A stretch of DNA of 64,000 bases from Octopus vulgaris (Eukaryota): assembly GCA_951406725.2 (NCBI GenBank), contig OX597822.1, positions 32,984,001 through 33,048,000 on the forward strand. Reading direction: 5' to 3'. A model generated the notes under the pieces. The model was given only the letters and a program-made list of their open reading frames with translations, searched no databases and was not told where the DNA came from. Within the stretch, counting starts at the first letter, position 1. Each line of letters begins with the position of its first letter. Below are positions 25,567 through 43,405 of the stretch, piece after piece. The position numbers and the translations under genes were made by a program.

Positions 25567-28500
25567 ATATTGTATGAGTGTATGCATGTGCACGCATGTA
25601 CACGCGTTTGTGTAAAATGCACTTCACAGTTTAAAGCAGAAAAGCTGAAATATATTTAAATATTACAGAGTAATTTTTTTTTTATATTTGCACACACATT
25701 AATGCGTGCGTTTCTTTTTAGACGTACCTTTGAAAGATTTTGTTTGGAATACAAATGTCTCCCTAGAGACATTACGTTCAAAAGCACATCTATGTCCATA
25801 CATCAGTTGACTACGAGATACGATGCGGTGGTTTGAATTAGCGTTGTCGGTAAAAGAAACCGTCTCAGTGATTTTGAGTTCGAGTGTAATTTCTGTTCCT
25901 TTATAGATAACATCATTTGCTAACGCTTAATGGGTGTGTGGGTGTTTCTTTGTTTATTTGCACACATACAGCATATATTTAGAATGTTTTTGGTATTAAA
26001 TTTTCGCATTTAAAAAATCATTTTTTCGTAGTTATTACGCAGTTACTACTCGATTTCAAATAGTATGGAAGATAGAAATTAATTTATGCCTTTATTGTTA
26101 CTCAGTTAATTTTATTTATGATTTTAAAATATCCAGGTTTTATGCTCAATAAATTTTAAATGTAACTTCGTTGCTGATGCAGTATTGTGTAGTATTAAAT
26201 GTAGTTTAGTTGTTGTTGTTGTTTAATATAAGGCTGATTTTGATTGGTAAAAGCCTGTGATCATGTAGCATTCAAGATATGACTCACATATTATAAAGGA
26301 TTACTCGGGTTACGTTACCTAATGTCTGTCTTTTCATTGTTAATAGAAAATTTTATTGCCATTTTAAGCAATATAACAGCTGTGTTATATCTTGCAGGTC
26401 AGACTAGCTTTGCCTATAGGAACGCTATAACGTAGTATTGTAGAGATTACAGACCCAATGATATTTTCCAACTACTGGTAGTTATTAATCCATGCTTAAA
26501 GGCCGCAAATTATTCAATATTTCACGATTCCTCTCAAAAGCCTCGTGCTTAATTATTTAGTAAAATGGTAAGTTACTGATTTCATTGCAGACAGTCTGGT
26601 GCTTCTTATAGTTATTGCTCTCACCAGCTGTCACAACCTGAGACACTCTGTTTATTGAAAGATGGTAACAAAGGTTGACAATATCTCTGGGCAGGGATAT
26701 CTAAAACAATGATCAACATCTAAAGCAATGAACACATGTGACGTTATAGTAAGCGATGCTTGCCCGCAAGTGACGGCTGGCTGTATTTTAAATACAGTGC
26801 AGTCTAATTAGTAATGGCTAATATTACTATATTGGTTCTAGTAAACAAAATAATATTTTTTCCCAGATCGTAACACACGGAGAGGATGTAATATTCTTAG
26901 GTTTTGTTATTTCTGCCAAGTTTTTATTTTATTTTTAACTTCTTGCTTATTTGGGCGCGGCAAAATAATGTTTCGCTTTGTTAAGTTGGTTTGGTTTGTT
27001 AATTAAGCAGTCACTTTTAATAAGATCGCATTATCAAAGAGAAGATAAAACCGTGAAATAAATGAGATTATATAATCAAACATGCCCTGTAACACAAATA
27101 CATGGAAAGAGGATTAAGAAAACATTACTCTTTGGTTGTAATTAAGAAGGAACAAAAACAAAACAAAAGACTGCCAAAATAAACCTGCCATGATGGATTA
27201 TTAGAAAGCAACTTACGCAAACATGGAATATAAAATAAAGAAAGAAAATCTTCGAGAGATGGGATGTATTCATTCAATGTTCATATCAAATACTGGCCGT
27301 TGCTTAAATTATTGACACAAACTGAAATATATGGATCTCTGTCGGTTTCGAGGATAATTGTTCAGAAATTCTGTCAGCTATAATATTTACTGAAATGAAT
27401 TACCATAGAAGTGTTGGATATTGCGCACATAGTGCACCATGGATGTAATTCTCATACGAAATCAGTACGACAAAACTGTGCCTTTGAAGTGCCGGTATAA
27501 TTCCTTTGATATTTTCTCACGCTTAACACATTTCACTCGGAATGATTTGTTTCAACTGGTGTTATGGCAAAAGACATTTGTCCTAGGTGTCACTCTATGA
27601 GATCGAACCCTGGACCTCGTAATTGCAAAAGCGAACTATATAACCATGTTACTGTCATACTAATCGATGCCTTGTATTCAACTGAAACAAATATATACAC
27701 AAACAACATGTTTATACACTTCACGCATTCATAATTAATTAACACTATTTCTATTCTCTACTCACAGCTATCTAAGTATAAGTATGTGTGTGTGCGTGCA
27801 TATACGTGCGCGCGTGTGTGTTTGTGTGTATGCCATATGTACTGTGACTATGTGCCTCCAAGATTGTATCTCCATTAATTTCAAGATGGCAAAGGGTAGT
27901 TTGAAGTGTGTGTGTGTGTGTGTGTCTGCATCTAGCAGGGCTCGCAAACACAATGAGAGCCCTTCAGTGAGTCTTAAGCGTTATCCACTGGATACCGTAC
28001 CGAATCTCCAGTTACGATTCTTAAGATACTGGTTTTAAATCTCACCGAATGCAGACACGCTTTTTCTCTCCATTCACATTCTCCGAAACGCTATCCCTAA
28101 TACATGACTTTCATGTTCAAGTATCAATTATATTGATCACGTCACCATCGCTCTGATTGTAAACTAAGACGAATGGCGATATTGCATGTTAACTCATACT
28201 AGGATATACTAAGAAAAAGTAGGTACAAACTCCTCATTGAACAGGATAACTCTGAGTCATTGAGTTAATCACCATTACCAGTTATGTAATCAAAAACTGG
28301 AAATGAAATATCTTGCTAGAGGACTTAATTATTTTGCGCTGCGTTGTCTAAGAATCGAATCTGAACTAATGGTTGCGAGGCCATCATACTGAACACTAGG
28401 CTACGTGGATGCATGGAATATACTATATTTCTATGCCTCTGGAGTTAATAAAAATGAATAATCTTTAAGAACGAGTATTGCTTAAACCGACTGTTTCCAT

Positions 28501-28749
28501 TCCAGCATTTCTAATCGATTGCATATATTATCAAATTTTCATGTCATAGGTCCCTCAACCTCGAGGGATATGAGACGATTGAAAAGTATGCAAGAAAATA
28601 GTGAAGAAGGAAAAATGAAATAGATGAAAAATATTTCGTCTTCTTACCAATAAAGAGGAGGCTAACGTTTTATTAACATTTTTGGAGTGTAGTAGTCATT
28701 TTGAGAACTACTGTCCAAACGCATATGTTAAAATTATCATTTTATCATA

Positions 28750-29110
28750 GAAAAACGCCGCCGCCGTGGTGATCTCATTCTCGCCCACACCATAATAAGC
28801 GGAAAGTTTGACCTCTCGAAAGAGCTGTTCTTCACTCCTGCTCCAGAGCGTCGGCGAGGTCATTCCGAAAAGCTCTACCTGCGACGATTTCATCTCAATC
28901 GAAGGAGAGGAGCTTTCTCCGTCCGGGTTGCGGATCCGTGGAACAAGCTGCCAGACGAAATGGTGAAGATGCCGACGATCGCTTTGTTCAAAGCCTCCCT
29001 TGACCTCAAGTGGCCTGAACTCTTTACATGAACACCACCCTGTACTTAACTCCATGTCCCCCTACATGACCTTGCTATTTGGTTTTGAGCCAAATTAACT
29101 AACTAACTAA
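28750..29110 (+). mobile_element. CR1-type LINE 3' end
   Basis: EKRRRRGDLILAHTIISGKFDL...RGHSEKLYLRRFHLNRRRGAFSVRVADPWNKLPDEMV...FKASLD, then a short 3'UTR and (CTAA)n tail. Confidence 0.9.
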
Positions 29111-31509
29111 CATTTATTGCTTTTGTCGCCATCGTCATCGACGTCATTGTCATAAAATTCTTTTCCGAAAATCCATGTCTTGAATAATATTCTACTTGTC
29201 TTATATATTTTGTTTTCCCTGACACGAATTAAGATTATTGCATATAACTTTATGGCTAGAATCGTTAGAATGTCAGACAAAATTGCCTGTTACAAAATTT
29301 TACATCTTGGACTCAAATACTGGCAATCGTTAAGATTCGTCCTTTTGATTTTCGTAATCTTTGAACGTTTGACAATTCTTGGGATAAAAGAAATCAAATA
29401 TATTAAGTTTGGGGGATGCCTGCATACACGCACACATGACTACTGTTTCATTATAGTGAATTCGGATGCCTATTTATTCTGCCAAGATCACTTTTATCTC
29501 TAGTTCTTCTCGATATCAATAAAATAGGGTACCAGTCACATACTGGAACGATTTATATTCCTACAGTTTATGATGGTATGTGAATACGTAATGGAAAGCA
29601 TTTTAGTTGACACGTTCAAGGCTCTGCCAATCCACCATTCTCATCTACATGGATGATCGTGGCAAGAGTATAAGCAATAACGTTAATAATGAGTCATTAT
29701 ATATTTTAAATAATCAAACTTCTGTCATTAATGATGAGAATAGATCATGGTGTAAATATTTTGGATTGAGAAAACTTTAAATTGAAAAAACGGCTTTTAG
29801 CCATACAGATTCAACCATGGATATGTTTCGGTCTTATGAGATATTATCAGCTTTGCCGAATCCATATTTCAGTTTGATGCGAATCACGTCATCTTCACAA
29901 TTCTCCGTTCTTTGCTTTGATTTAAATGTTTGCGTGAAATGTTTTACAAGTAAATATATTTTCCTTTCTTGTTTCGGTTATTGATACAAAGATTAGAGTA
30001 TCATTGTGGTGTATTGATGTTCACATATGATACCTGTATCTTTATAATAGTTCTGTCAGTGTCGTGTACTCTTGTATATCACAAACTTTTATCTTTCCAA
30101 CTTTCAGTTTTGTTGCCATATTAGAAATTTCTACCGTTTGTTTCTTCTCTTAAACCTTTCTCATATTTAATTGTATGTTTTGTATTTTCGTTGCTACAGT
30201 TCAGAGTAAATTTTTATCATTTATCACTGTTGTGTTGGGATAATGCAGAAACATTATTTACTTTTTACTCATTTATTTTTTACTCTTGCAAGCGCTAACC
30301 CTATCTTCCTGATTTCCATTTTGACTTTGTATTATCTTGCTGTCTTTCATTGTGATGTCTTTACTTTTCTGTTGTATTTGAGCTGTTTGTTTATGTTTTA
30401 TTTTCTGAATTATATATTATATATTTTTATTATGCATTTTTCCTTTCCTGTCTTCTATTTCTAAACTTGATATATTTGTACTTTTGAATACGTGTCTTGT
30501 TGAATTCTCTTGTCACTCCTAAAATCAATCTATAATGAACACTGTTTTCTCTCCAGGAATTAAATTTTGCCTCAGTTCTTTGTTCGAAGGCTTGAAGCTG
30601 CCAAATACGCCTGTAGGAAGAAAATGTATTCTTTTCGACATCCATCATACATATTTTTTTCCTTGACAATTCGCAAGTTTTGAAGAGTAAATTCTGTTCG
30701 CTTTGTCAAGGTGTATCTCAAGTACCAGTTGATTCTCTTCTTGCGATACGGCATGAAACATGCTTTATTCATCTATCTACCTATCTTTCATTTATCTCTC
30801 ACTTTGTCTGCTTATCTTATAGAGCTGTAGTATCTGATTACAAGATTGAATATGCATTTCCCTCTTGAACTGGGCAAAATTATCCAGTATTGCTCATATT
30901 GTTTCTCGAAGGAAGCCCCTACTTGCTATTCATTTCATTTGCTCTCTGTCAGTGTAGTTACACACGACAGTCAATCGTGATTTTGCATAATTAATTTTAG
31001 AGGAACGGAATATAATTCATAAAAATGAATTAATATTTTATTTACATCTGAATCAATCAAGACACGTATCAGCTGTTATGAACTTAAGTTGTTGATATTT
31101 TTTCCGCGGCATGAACTCCTATCAAGATAAACAACGCATGACCTTGCAGAAGGGTCCCAGTTAGAATTTCACTCAGGTCGAGTAGACCATCCTCCTCAAA
31201 AGGTCCCTGAATAACGTTTGTTTTAAGGATGATGAACAAACACCCGCTCTTCTAGAGGGGAATTATTCAACCCCAAAGAACTATTTCAACGCCTGGCTAT
31301 GAGGATCCCCCACTAGTTCAGCTCATGATCACATATTGTCAGCCACCAAGGACATACCCAACTGGTTAAAATCAAACAATTGACAGACAAATCTCTGAAA
31401 TTGAGCACTATATTTGTTTTACTCCATATTTTATACCAAGACAATCAATGTACATGGCAACACTTCTAATCAGTTAAGATCAAAAGCCATGAGAGCCACT
31501 CTATCAGGG

Positions 31510-34255
<2,746 letters not shown>

Positions 34256-34945
34256 TCAATAGTCTTATTTCTTCCATGTGCTTTCACTGCATTACCGTGT
34301 GCAGCTCTATGTGCCTTGGATATCTGCTGTGGTTTGTTGTGACGCTCTTATTATCACTGAATTGAAAGTGTTTTATGTAGGATGTGTGCAGTGCCTAGTA
34401 GTGCTATTTCCTGTATGTTTCGTATACATGTAAGGCCTGGTGTTTTTGCTACGTATTTTTTTGGATGTTCTTTCATCATAACTAATGCGCCTGCTATGAT
34501 AGAAATTGATTTTGCTTTTAGGCTTCACATTTGAGTTACCTCTATTTCCAGATCTTTCTATTTTGAAAGTTTCTCTGTTTATTTTAGCGAAACGCTGTCA
34601 TCTACTGGTATTGATACATCGATTAGAAAGCACTTTTTCTTGATGATCTCTGACAACTATATCCCGCCTAATTGCCTTGATTTCTCTATGTGTGTGTATT
34701 GGCATATCCCAAAATATGGTTGCTTTCTCGTTTCTGTGACCCTTTCTGGGGTGTACCTATACCGTATTTTTTCTGTTGTTATTTCATAGTGTTGGAATAG
34801 TTTGCATGATATATAGGTCCCAACTCCGTCGTGTCTAAGAATATAGTCCTTCTTAACCAGGACTGGGCAGTCATAGACAATATGATTTATTGTTTCTTCC
34901 CCATTACCACATATTCTGCAGTTACTTGTATTTCTTTCATTATGT
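34256..34945 (-). mobile_element. Second, more decayed R4/Dong 3' copy
   Basis: Homologous to 31610-32300 (shared gatacatcgattagaaagcactttttcttgatgatctctgacaactatatcccgcctaattgcc); bounded by (TAA)n. Confidence 0.9.
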
Positions 34946-34947
34946 GC

Positions 34948-35057
<110 letters not shown>

Positions 35058-35689
35058 TTGCTGTTGTTGTTGATGTTATTTTTCAACGTTTTTTACAACT
35101 CACTCATTTTACAACTAGTAGATGAAATAATAAATAATCTATACTGGCATTATAGATTACTTGTTACAGTTTGAGACGAATCACAAAGAACAAAAATGCC
35201 GTGAATACTTCGCTCATGCGCACAAAAGCAATACCATTTTATTTGAAGTGCAATATATTAGTATTAAACACGAACTAAAATAAATCACAAACATTTTAAC
35301 AACATCGAGTAGAATTCATGTCAACAACAAAACTACTGTATACATGCAAGTATCCTTCTGGGTGTAAATAAGGATAGCGTAAATCTTTCCTTTGTAAACG
35401 TGCATTGAAACTCTCTATCTGGAATGTTTGGCTGAAAGATCGAACATTAAATAACTTGTGCATAGACTGGCACCAGTGTTCTTCAGCCAATTACGGCAGC
35501 TCTCAAGTCAAGAAGAAAAGAAATCTATCTCTGCCTTGCCTTGAAGACAGCAGTTTTCTTTGTTAATTAAACACTGAAAAATTACCAAACGGAAATACAT
35601 AGCAAAAAGCTATAAAAAGTAAGATGTAGAGTAGACAAGCTGCACAAAAGAAACTCTTTTCGCTGACGAAGACCCAATCGCATAAAAGA

Positions 35690-36520
35690 AATTGTATGCC
35701 TTTTGATGTGAAACCAGCATCGGCCCTGAGCGAAATGAAATTCAAGCCATTCACAAGAAAAACAAATATGCAAATTATAAATCGGGAAGAAAATGGCATT
35801 ATTTTAAACATCATAAAAGCGGTGGAATACTTGTACAAATTTCGGATATACATTTCAGAAATTTAGGATGTAACATTAACAACTGGATTTTTATACTGTT
35901 CGCATGCCGTTTCTAATTTACCGGAGGAATACAGTCATATGATATCAGATCTAGGAAGAATATTTTGCTTTTTAAGACGATTCCTTGTGGCCCATTCTAT
36001 ATAATATGGATATGCTACATTACAGAACAATATAACAGGGGAATACTGAGTAATATCAGATACTGGAGAATATTTGCAGTCTACAAATTCAAATCAACCA
36101 CAATGAGAACTTAATTACGTCCGTTTATTCCAACTCTGTGTAATATCCACACAATATCCCATATTATTAACCAATTCAAGGATACGTAGAAGGCCATGAT
36201 AGCTTGACAGTTTAGAATATCTTCGTAGATATTCAAGTCATGAGAAGCCAACAGTTTATCACGGTTTCATATTATTGACACTTATATCTTGATAAGCCAG
36301 ACGTGCAGGACCGAAGTAAAACCTTGTAATCATTTTAGTTGTATGACCGATTCCTTTTACTTATTTTTCCATCATCCATTACCATTTTGTTAACAAGGAG
36401 CTACGTTTTCAGTTCAATGGATTCTAGAGTAATTTACAAGAAGAAAAAAAACAGAACATATGTCATATACATTAAAACGAGGCGTCTAAAATTAGAGGGA
36501 AAATAAAATATTAATTATAC
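35690..36520 (+). mobile_element. Very decayed non-LTR RT remnant (possibly R2/NeSL-like)
   Basis: Residual motifs in the expected order across frames: GPE, NINNW (compare NNWRPI), IFVDI..TVYH (compare FVDIAKAFDTVSH), KRGV. Confidence 0.3.
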
Positions 36521-36749
36521 AGGGAATGTTTTACCACTTTGAACGATAAGAGATGGAATCGCAAATCAAAAAGCAGACGGAATCACTCGTCCATTAAAAT
36601 TTTCCGTTACTACAAATGGTATGGTGATTCACTGAATTACAAAATTTTTAAGTCCCGCATCACCAATTCATCATGGCCTTTAGAGAGATGATGTGTAACT
36701 GTGATCGATATGTTTCAGTTTCACCATAGGTTTGATGTTAATTTGCAGG

Positions 36750-38770
36750 TTTTTCTCTTCTCACATAAGCTTGGAACGATTTTATGTCAAACTCGTTCAG
36801 GTCTTCTTCATTATTACTTCCAATAGTACGAAAGTTTCGGGAGAGATGAAGAGTAGAAGGCCTTCAAACTAGAAACCTTCTTCGAGTAAGTGTTTTGTTC
36901 CTTAACTTCTTTCGATCTAAATAGAAGCGAGCCACATCCAGGTCATGACATCTAAGTTCCCTGATGCCAACATTTTATTCCTGTTGCCAACGCTTTTCCA
37001 TGAGCGAAAAATCAATTCAAACCTCAACAATTTAGAATGGAAAAGTCTAATTGAACTACAAAGTGACAAAGATCTGACAATTTAAAAAGCAGACAAAGGA
37101 AGTGCAGTAGTCCTGATGGACACAGATTACTACAAAAACCTAGTATTAATCATACTAGAAAATGATACCTTCTACGAATAAGTTGTAAACTATAAGCAAC
37201 AAAAAACAATGAAATATTTTGCAACATTTTCTCCTGTGAAACCCGCCGCCTAAGCAATTTTCTAGACATCGTACAGAAACCCTTGCTGCAATATATCAAT
37301 ATTTCCATTAGGGACGATCAAGACATTCTTCTACAATTCATCTACCAAAGACAGCAAATGAAGAGACATTATAGGCTTCCTTCGATGTTATTAATTTTTA
37401 CAACGACATCCCACATGACTATGGAATACAAGCAATAAAATTATGGCTGGAAAAGTATTCCGAAACAATTCCGCAACGCATAAACCAGGTTTTAATTATT
37501 GAAACATTAAAATTTGTACTTCAGAATAATTACTTCCTATTTGATGACACTTACTATCGTCATAAATGCGAAATTGCAATGGGAACAAAAGCAGCCCCTG
37601 CTCTTGCGAACCTAATAATCGGATATTTCAAATTCCCCATATACGAATTGTCAATGCAAAAATATGGATATCCATTTCACCATTATACAAAAGAGAACTA
37701 GAAAAGACACCTGGATGACAGCTTTATGATTTGGAAGGAGACCACAGATAAATCAATACTAAATAATATAAACCTTAACGTTCAATTCACAAAGTATATA
37801 GCAAAAAAAAAAACAACTTACTTTCTAGGATATTATGAAGATAAAAAATCTCAGCCACGAAATTGTATCCCAAATTTAACATAAGCCAACTGACTGGAAG
37901 CAATATCTCCTGTTTAACTCATGCCACCCGAAACACATCAAAAGAAATATCCTCTTTAATTTAGCTAAAAGGATTTGCACAATAGTGTCTGATGGATATA
38001 CTTGGGACCTTAGAATAATATTAACTGAAAGGCAATATCCACTCTCACTTAAAGACGATGGAATTTAGTGTGCTAAGAAATTAGGCATTGAAACACTAAG
38101 TATAACAACACGTAACATCACACTTCATCTCAAAACACTACCGTATATCAACTCACAACCCTAGAAACAATGGGGCATACAACACTGTTGTACAAAATCT
38201 ACCTATGCTTACTAGGGATCCAAAAAGGAACAACATTTTGAAAACACATAAATCCTTCAAATACAAAAAGGAACATAAATCGCTGAAAAAAGACTTCTAA
38301 CAAATGCGAAACTTTAAATAACAACCACGAAACCAACGGTTAAAACATGTGGTTGCCCAAATTGTGGAACATTCTCCAACCTACTGGAAGGCTCGGAATT
38401 CCTATTCAAACAAGGAGAGAGGTTCACAATTAAAACTAACTTCATTTGTGCTTCAGAAAATCTAATTTATGTTATAAAGTGTTCAGATCCAGTTCCCGCA
38501 ATACAAACAGATTCCTTTGAATGGAGACATCGAGAGATGTGCAGTTAATATCCAACCGAACTACACAGTTCAATCAAACTTCTACTAGTTCAAAGAAATA
38601 TTTTTTGTCTGTACAAGAAAGTTTAAATAAAGAAAATTTGTTCATCGAAAAATACAGAACACATCTAAATATGAACGCTTAACCAACTTCGGTATCACTA
38701 TATATTTTAATTCATGATGACATACCCATCACTCTACATATTTCATCTCACTACTTTAGCTTTTGAGTTT
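36750..38770 (+). mobile_element. Penelope-like element: RT and start of GIY-YIG, pseudogenised
   Basis: SNLNNLEWKSLIELQSDKDLTI*KADKGSAVVLMD, ASFDVINFYNDIPH, NNYFLFDDTYY, AMGTKAAPALANL, RHLDD, KPTDWKQYLLFNSCHPKHIK, CGCPNCGT...NLIYVIKC. Confidence 0.92.
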
Positions 38771-38772
38771 TC

Positions 38773-38835
<63 letters not shown>

Positions 38836-39124
38836 CTGCCCGAATAATGTACAATAATAACCTCCCCTGTCCCCAATAATAACTATCACCAATTACTTCT
38901 CCTTAGATTTTTTTTCTTTTTGAATCGTTCATTCACAAACTTCTCCATACACGACATGGACTAAAATATTCTTAAGAAAATATGAAATTACAATAATTTC
39001 AATGTCATGATTAGTGAAAGTGAAACCGGTCGACAAACACAATATTCTTTCATTTATGAAGTATATTAAAAATATATTAAATCTATGTAAACAGTGTGCA
39101 TTTTCCTTTTTTGTATATATATAT

Positions 39125-39382
39125 ATACATGTGACTTGATCTGAGATCGTGTGCTGGAACGGAAACAATTGCAGCATGGAAGGTGTTTGCAAGCCATTTA
39201 AGAAACACAAAAACCCGTTAGATTCACTACAACATTTAAATTTAATTTGCTAAAATATTTTCGTCGCTTAGAGACCGCGACCTGTTTACTGACAAAATTC
39301 CGTACTGCAGTGTTGAAGTGAATCTAACGGTTTTTGCATGTTTCTTAAATGGCTTATAAACACCTTCCATGCTGCAATTGTT
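39125..39382. mobile_element. Foldback element (arms 39164-39234, 39311-39382) with a minus-strand G3:C8-type hammerhead motif (39246-39296)
   Basis: Arms pair by eye; same family as 45406-45713. Minus strand TTTGTCA-GTAAACA-G-GTCGC/../GCGAC-GAAAATATTT. Confidence 0.8.
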
Positions 39383-40279
39383 TATATATAAATACACACA
39401 CATGCGCGCGCGCGTGTGTGTGTATACGTGTATGTGTGTATGTGTATATATAATTTGTTAGATACCGTGTTATTATGAGATATTTGCCTTATATCTTGTA
39501 GTCATTTAAATGATAATACATTTATTTTTCACCATTTTAAATTCCATCCACTCACATATTCTAAATGTCATGGTTTCTCTGGAAAACTGATTTTTCTTGA
39601 TTTAGTTAGCGTCTTCACGGCACAGCAAAAGTTAGTAAATCGACACAGTGATTCGTCTAGGCAACGATGTCTAATGGTAAGTAATTGATCACGTTTACAA
39701 TCTTGCATCTTACCAGTGCATGAAAATTTTATCAAGTCTACCTTTTAGATTCGTGCCCCCTGCAGTGAATTTTCACATGTCAAACATTTTTCCTCGGATT
39801 GGTAGAAATTTTATAGTTGGTGATGTTTTCAGAAATTCACACCTACTTTGTAACAGCTTTTTGCAATGTAGCTCGTTGATCTCAGTCTCCTGTCACACGA
39901 AACGAAGGTAATTGTTTTCAGCTCGTAATTAACCAGATGATAGTCGGACACTACATGCTGTTCGACGATTTCGCTTTTAGAAAATGTAAACACTTTCTGG
40001 AGTATAAGGGTTTCATTAGAAATCCAGTTTCTTCGTATTAATTTACAGAGGATTGTGATGTATCACTTAGAAAGCCGTTTTTCTAGCAGGAAGTCCATTT
40101 AAGTCACGCACACCTTTGAATCTTTTGAAGTATAAACGTGCTGTTTACACTCCCTTCATCTGACTTCCTCTTTCATTCTTCCCCATTTATTTCTCTCTCC
40201 CCTACTCTCTTCTCTCTCTTGCATTCTCTCTCCCTGTCCCATTCTGCTTTTCACTCTCTCCACCCTCTCCCTCTCTCTC

Positions 40280-40357
<78 letters not shown>

Positions 40358-40418
40358 GGCTTCGCTTTCTTCTACCACTTACTATAGAGGATTTTATTCC
40401 TTAGAAACGGCTCATTTT

Positions 40419-40822
40419 ATAGCCGAGCCGGCAGAAACGTTAGCACGCCGGGCGAAATGCTTAGCTGTATTTCGTCTGCCGCTACGTTCTGAGTTCAAAT
40501 TCCGCTGAGGTCGAATTTGCCTTTCATCCTTTCGGGGTCGATTAAATAAGTAACAGTTACGCACTGGGGTCGATATAATCGGTTTAATCCGTTTGTCTGT
40601 CCTTGTTTGTCCTCTCTGTGTTTAGCCTCTTGTTAGTAGTAAAGAAATAGGTATTTCGTCTACCGTTAAATTCTGCGTTCAAATTCCGCCGAGGTCGACT
40701 TTGCCTTTCATCCTTTTGCGTTTCAACAGTTATGTACTGGAGTCGATATAATCGACTTAATTCCTTTGAATGCCCTTGTATGTCCCCTCTATGTTTAGCT
40801 CCTTGTGGGCAATAAAGAAATA
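40419..40822 (+). mobile_element. Dimeric SINE family A with a 16-bp target-site duplication
   Basis: agaaacggctcatttt at 40403-40418 and 40823-40838. Confidence 0.9.
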
Positions 40823-40896
40823 AGAAACGGCTCATTTTCTGACAAATTTTTTCATGTATCCTCTATTTGTCTTCTGTTATCTTGTCACTGCTTTTA

Positions 40897-41112
40897 AGGC
40901 GGCAAGCTGGTAGAATCGATAACACGCCGATCATATCAGCGGATGGGTAAATCGATTCCATCAAACTCAGTATTCAGCTGGCACTTGTTATTTTATCGAT
41001 CCCAAAAAGCAAGGTTGACCTCGAGGAAGTTAAACTCAGAACTTAAAGACAGACAAAATATCTCTAAGCATTTTTGCTCGGCGCGTTAACTATTGTGCCA
41101 GCTCATTGCCTC
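40897..41112. mobile_element. SINE family A fragments (short + head, then degenerate - copy)
   Basis: aaggcggcaagctggtagaatcg; gacctcgaggaagttaaactcagaac. Confidence 0.7.
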
Positions 41113-41137
41113 ATAAATCTGTGATGTAAACTATCCT

Positions 41138-41545
41138 AGAGTGGCTGTGTGGTAAGTAGCTTGCTTACCACCACACGGATCCGGGTTCAGTCCCACTGCG
41201 TAGCACCTTGGGCAAGTGTCTTCTACTCTAGCCTCGGGCCGACCAAAGCATAGTGAGTGGATTTGGTAGACGGAAACTGAAAGAAGCCCGTCTTATATAT
41301 GTATATATATATGTGTGTGTGTGTGTGTGTATACGTTTGCGTGCCTGTATTTGTCCCCCCACCCAACATCGCTTGACAACCGATGCTGGTGTGTGTACGT
41401 CCCCGTAACTTAGCGGTTCGGCAAAAGTGACCGACAGAATAAGTACTAGGCTTACAAACAATAAGTCCTGGAGTCGATTTGCTCGACGAATGGCGGTGCT
41501 CCAGCATGGCCGCAGTCAAATGACTGAAACAAGTAAAAGAGTAAG
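41138..41545 (+). mobile_element. tRNA-derived SINE family B, full length
   Basis: gagtggctgtgtggtaag (A box), gggttcagtccc (B box), ccttgggcaagtgtcttctac, internal (TG)n, tail tgactgaaacaagtaaaagagtaa. Confidence 0.9.
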
Positions 41546-41683
41546 CGAGTAAGTGCGTTTGATATATCTTGTTCTGGTTTAGCCTCATATATATCCTCAA
41601 AGAGCATATATTTAAAAGCTTTCTAGCCATGACCATCCCAACATATTTTCAAAGCTAGTGTACGCTCGAATGTATTATTCTCG

Positions 41684-41885
41684 GACGAGCTGACAGAATC
41701 GTTAGCACATCAGTCGAAATGCTTAGAGGGATTTCGTCTGTTTTTACGTTCTGAGTTCAAATTCCGCCGATGTCGACTTTGCCTTTCATCATTTCGTGGT
41801 CGATGAATTAAGTACCAGTTGTGTACTGGGGTTGATCTTAATTCCAACAAATTTCTTGCCTTGTGCCTATGGTAGAAAGGATTGT
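41684..41885 (+). mobile_element. SINE family A
   Basis: gagctgacagaatcgttagc...ttacgttctgagttcaaattccgccga. Confidence 0.85.
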
Positions 41886-42339
41886 TCTTACCTTTATTGT
41901 AAGATCCGTGTCTATTTTGCAGGGGATTCGATTGCTAATAGCATTAGATCGTATCACCACGTAAAAGCTCTGAATTTGTCTTCTTTGCTGTCATCTTTAA
42001 ATATAGTGGATGCTATTTATTTTAATCATAGATAATGCTATGACGTAATTTTTGTTGGGTTTTATTTTTTTTATTTTTGTTCTCTGTTTTGTTGTTTTTT
42101 AGAATTCAGTACTCAAGCACAAACTCGCTCATGATACAGCTTTATTTTCAAGTTTATGTTATGAACTTGTTATTGTTATGTAAAAAAAAAAAAATCAAAA
42201 ACATGTCCGTGCCAATTGATCACAATAAACAAATTTCACTGAAGTTTCCTACGCTTTTGCTGTTATTTTGCTAAATACTCCACTATATCTCAGTTTCTAA
42301 TTGCCTCTCCCTCTCTCTCGCTCTCTCTGTCTCGCTCTC

Positions 42340-42410
<71 letters not shown>

Positions 42411-42906
42411 CCCTCTTTATCAAACTCTCATTTGCTCTCAATCGTTTTCTCTTCATTTGAAAACTCGGGTCTCTATCTATCTTTTTATCTATTGTCTCCT
42501 GCTAATTATTTTCAATTTCAACTTTCATTTATTTATTAAATTATTTTATTCATCATCTTAGTTTGTTATATATTATTTATTATTTTAATTTTATTTTCTT
42601 CTTTATATTTTGGTCTCGTGCTTTCTTTCATTATTTCATGATTTTCTTCTCTGCTTTCTACTTCTAATCTCATTTTTATTCCTACAAATTTTAATCTCTT
42701 TATAGCAGTTTGTCGCTCTGTCTCCCACAAACCGGTCCATTCCCACCACTTACCTACTTATCTTGTTTTTTCTTGATGTTTGCCATTTTCAGATCATCGT
42801 TCTCTATAGCTTACATAACTTTAATAAAACATATACGTACTTCAGCTGTACGTTAACTTCGTCTAACTTTCACGACGCCATTTCGTTAATTAAGCTCATC
42901 TTCCCG

Positions 42907-42948
<42 letters not shown>

Positions 42949-43307
42949 TATATACATATATACATATACATATATACATATGTATATACATATACTTACA
43001 TATATATACATATATCCACATACATATATATATAACATATGTATGCTTATATATTATGCATATATCATATATATTATATATGCACACACATATATTAATT
43101 TATATTATATATATATATATACATACACACACACATATATATATATATATAGCATATATATATATCATATATATATATGTATATACATATACACATACAT
43201 ATATTATATATATATATATGTATACTTATGTATTATGCATATATCAAATATATATACACACACATATACTCATCTATATATTATATATATATACATATAC
43301 ACACACA

Positions 43308-43341
<34 letters not shown>

Positions 43342-43367
43342 ATGCATGTATTTATGTAAGTATGCAT

Positions 43368-43405
<38 letters not shown>

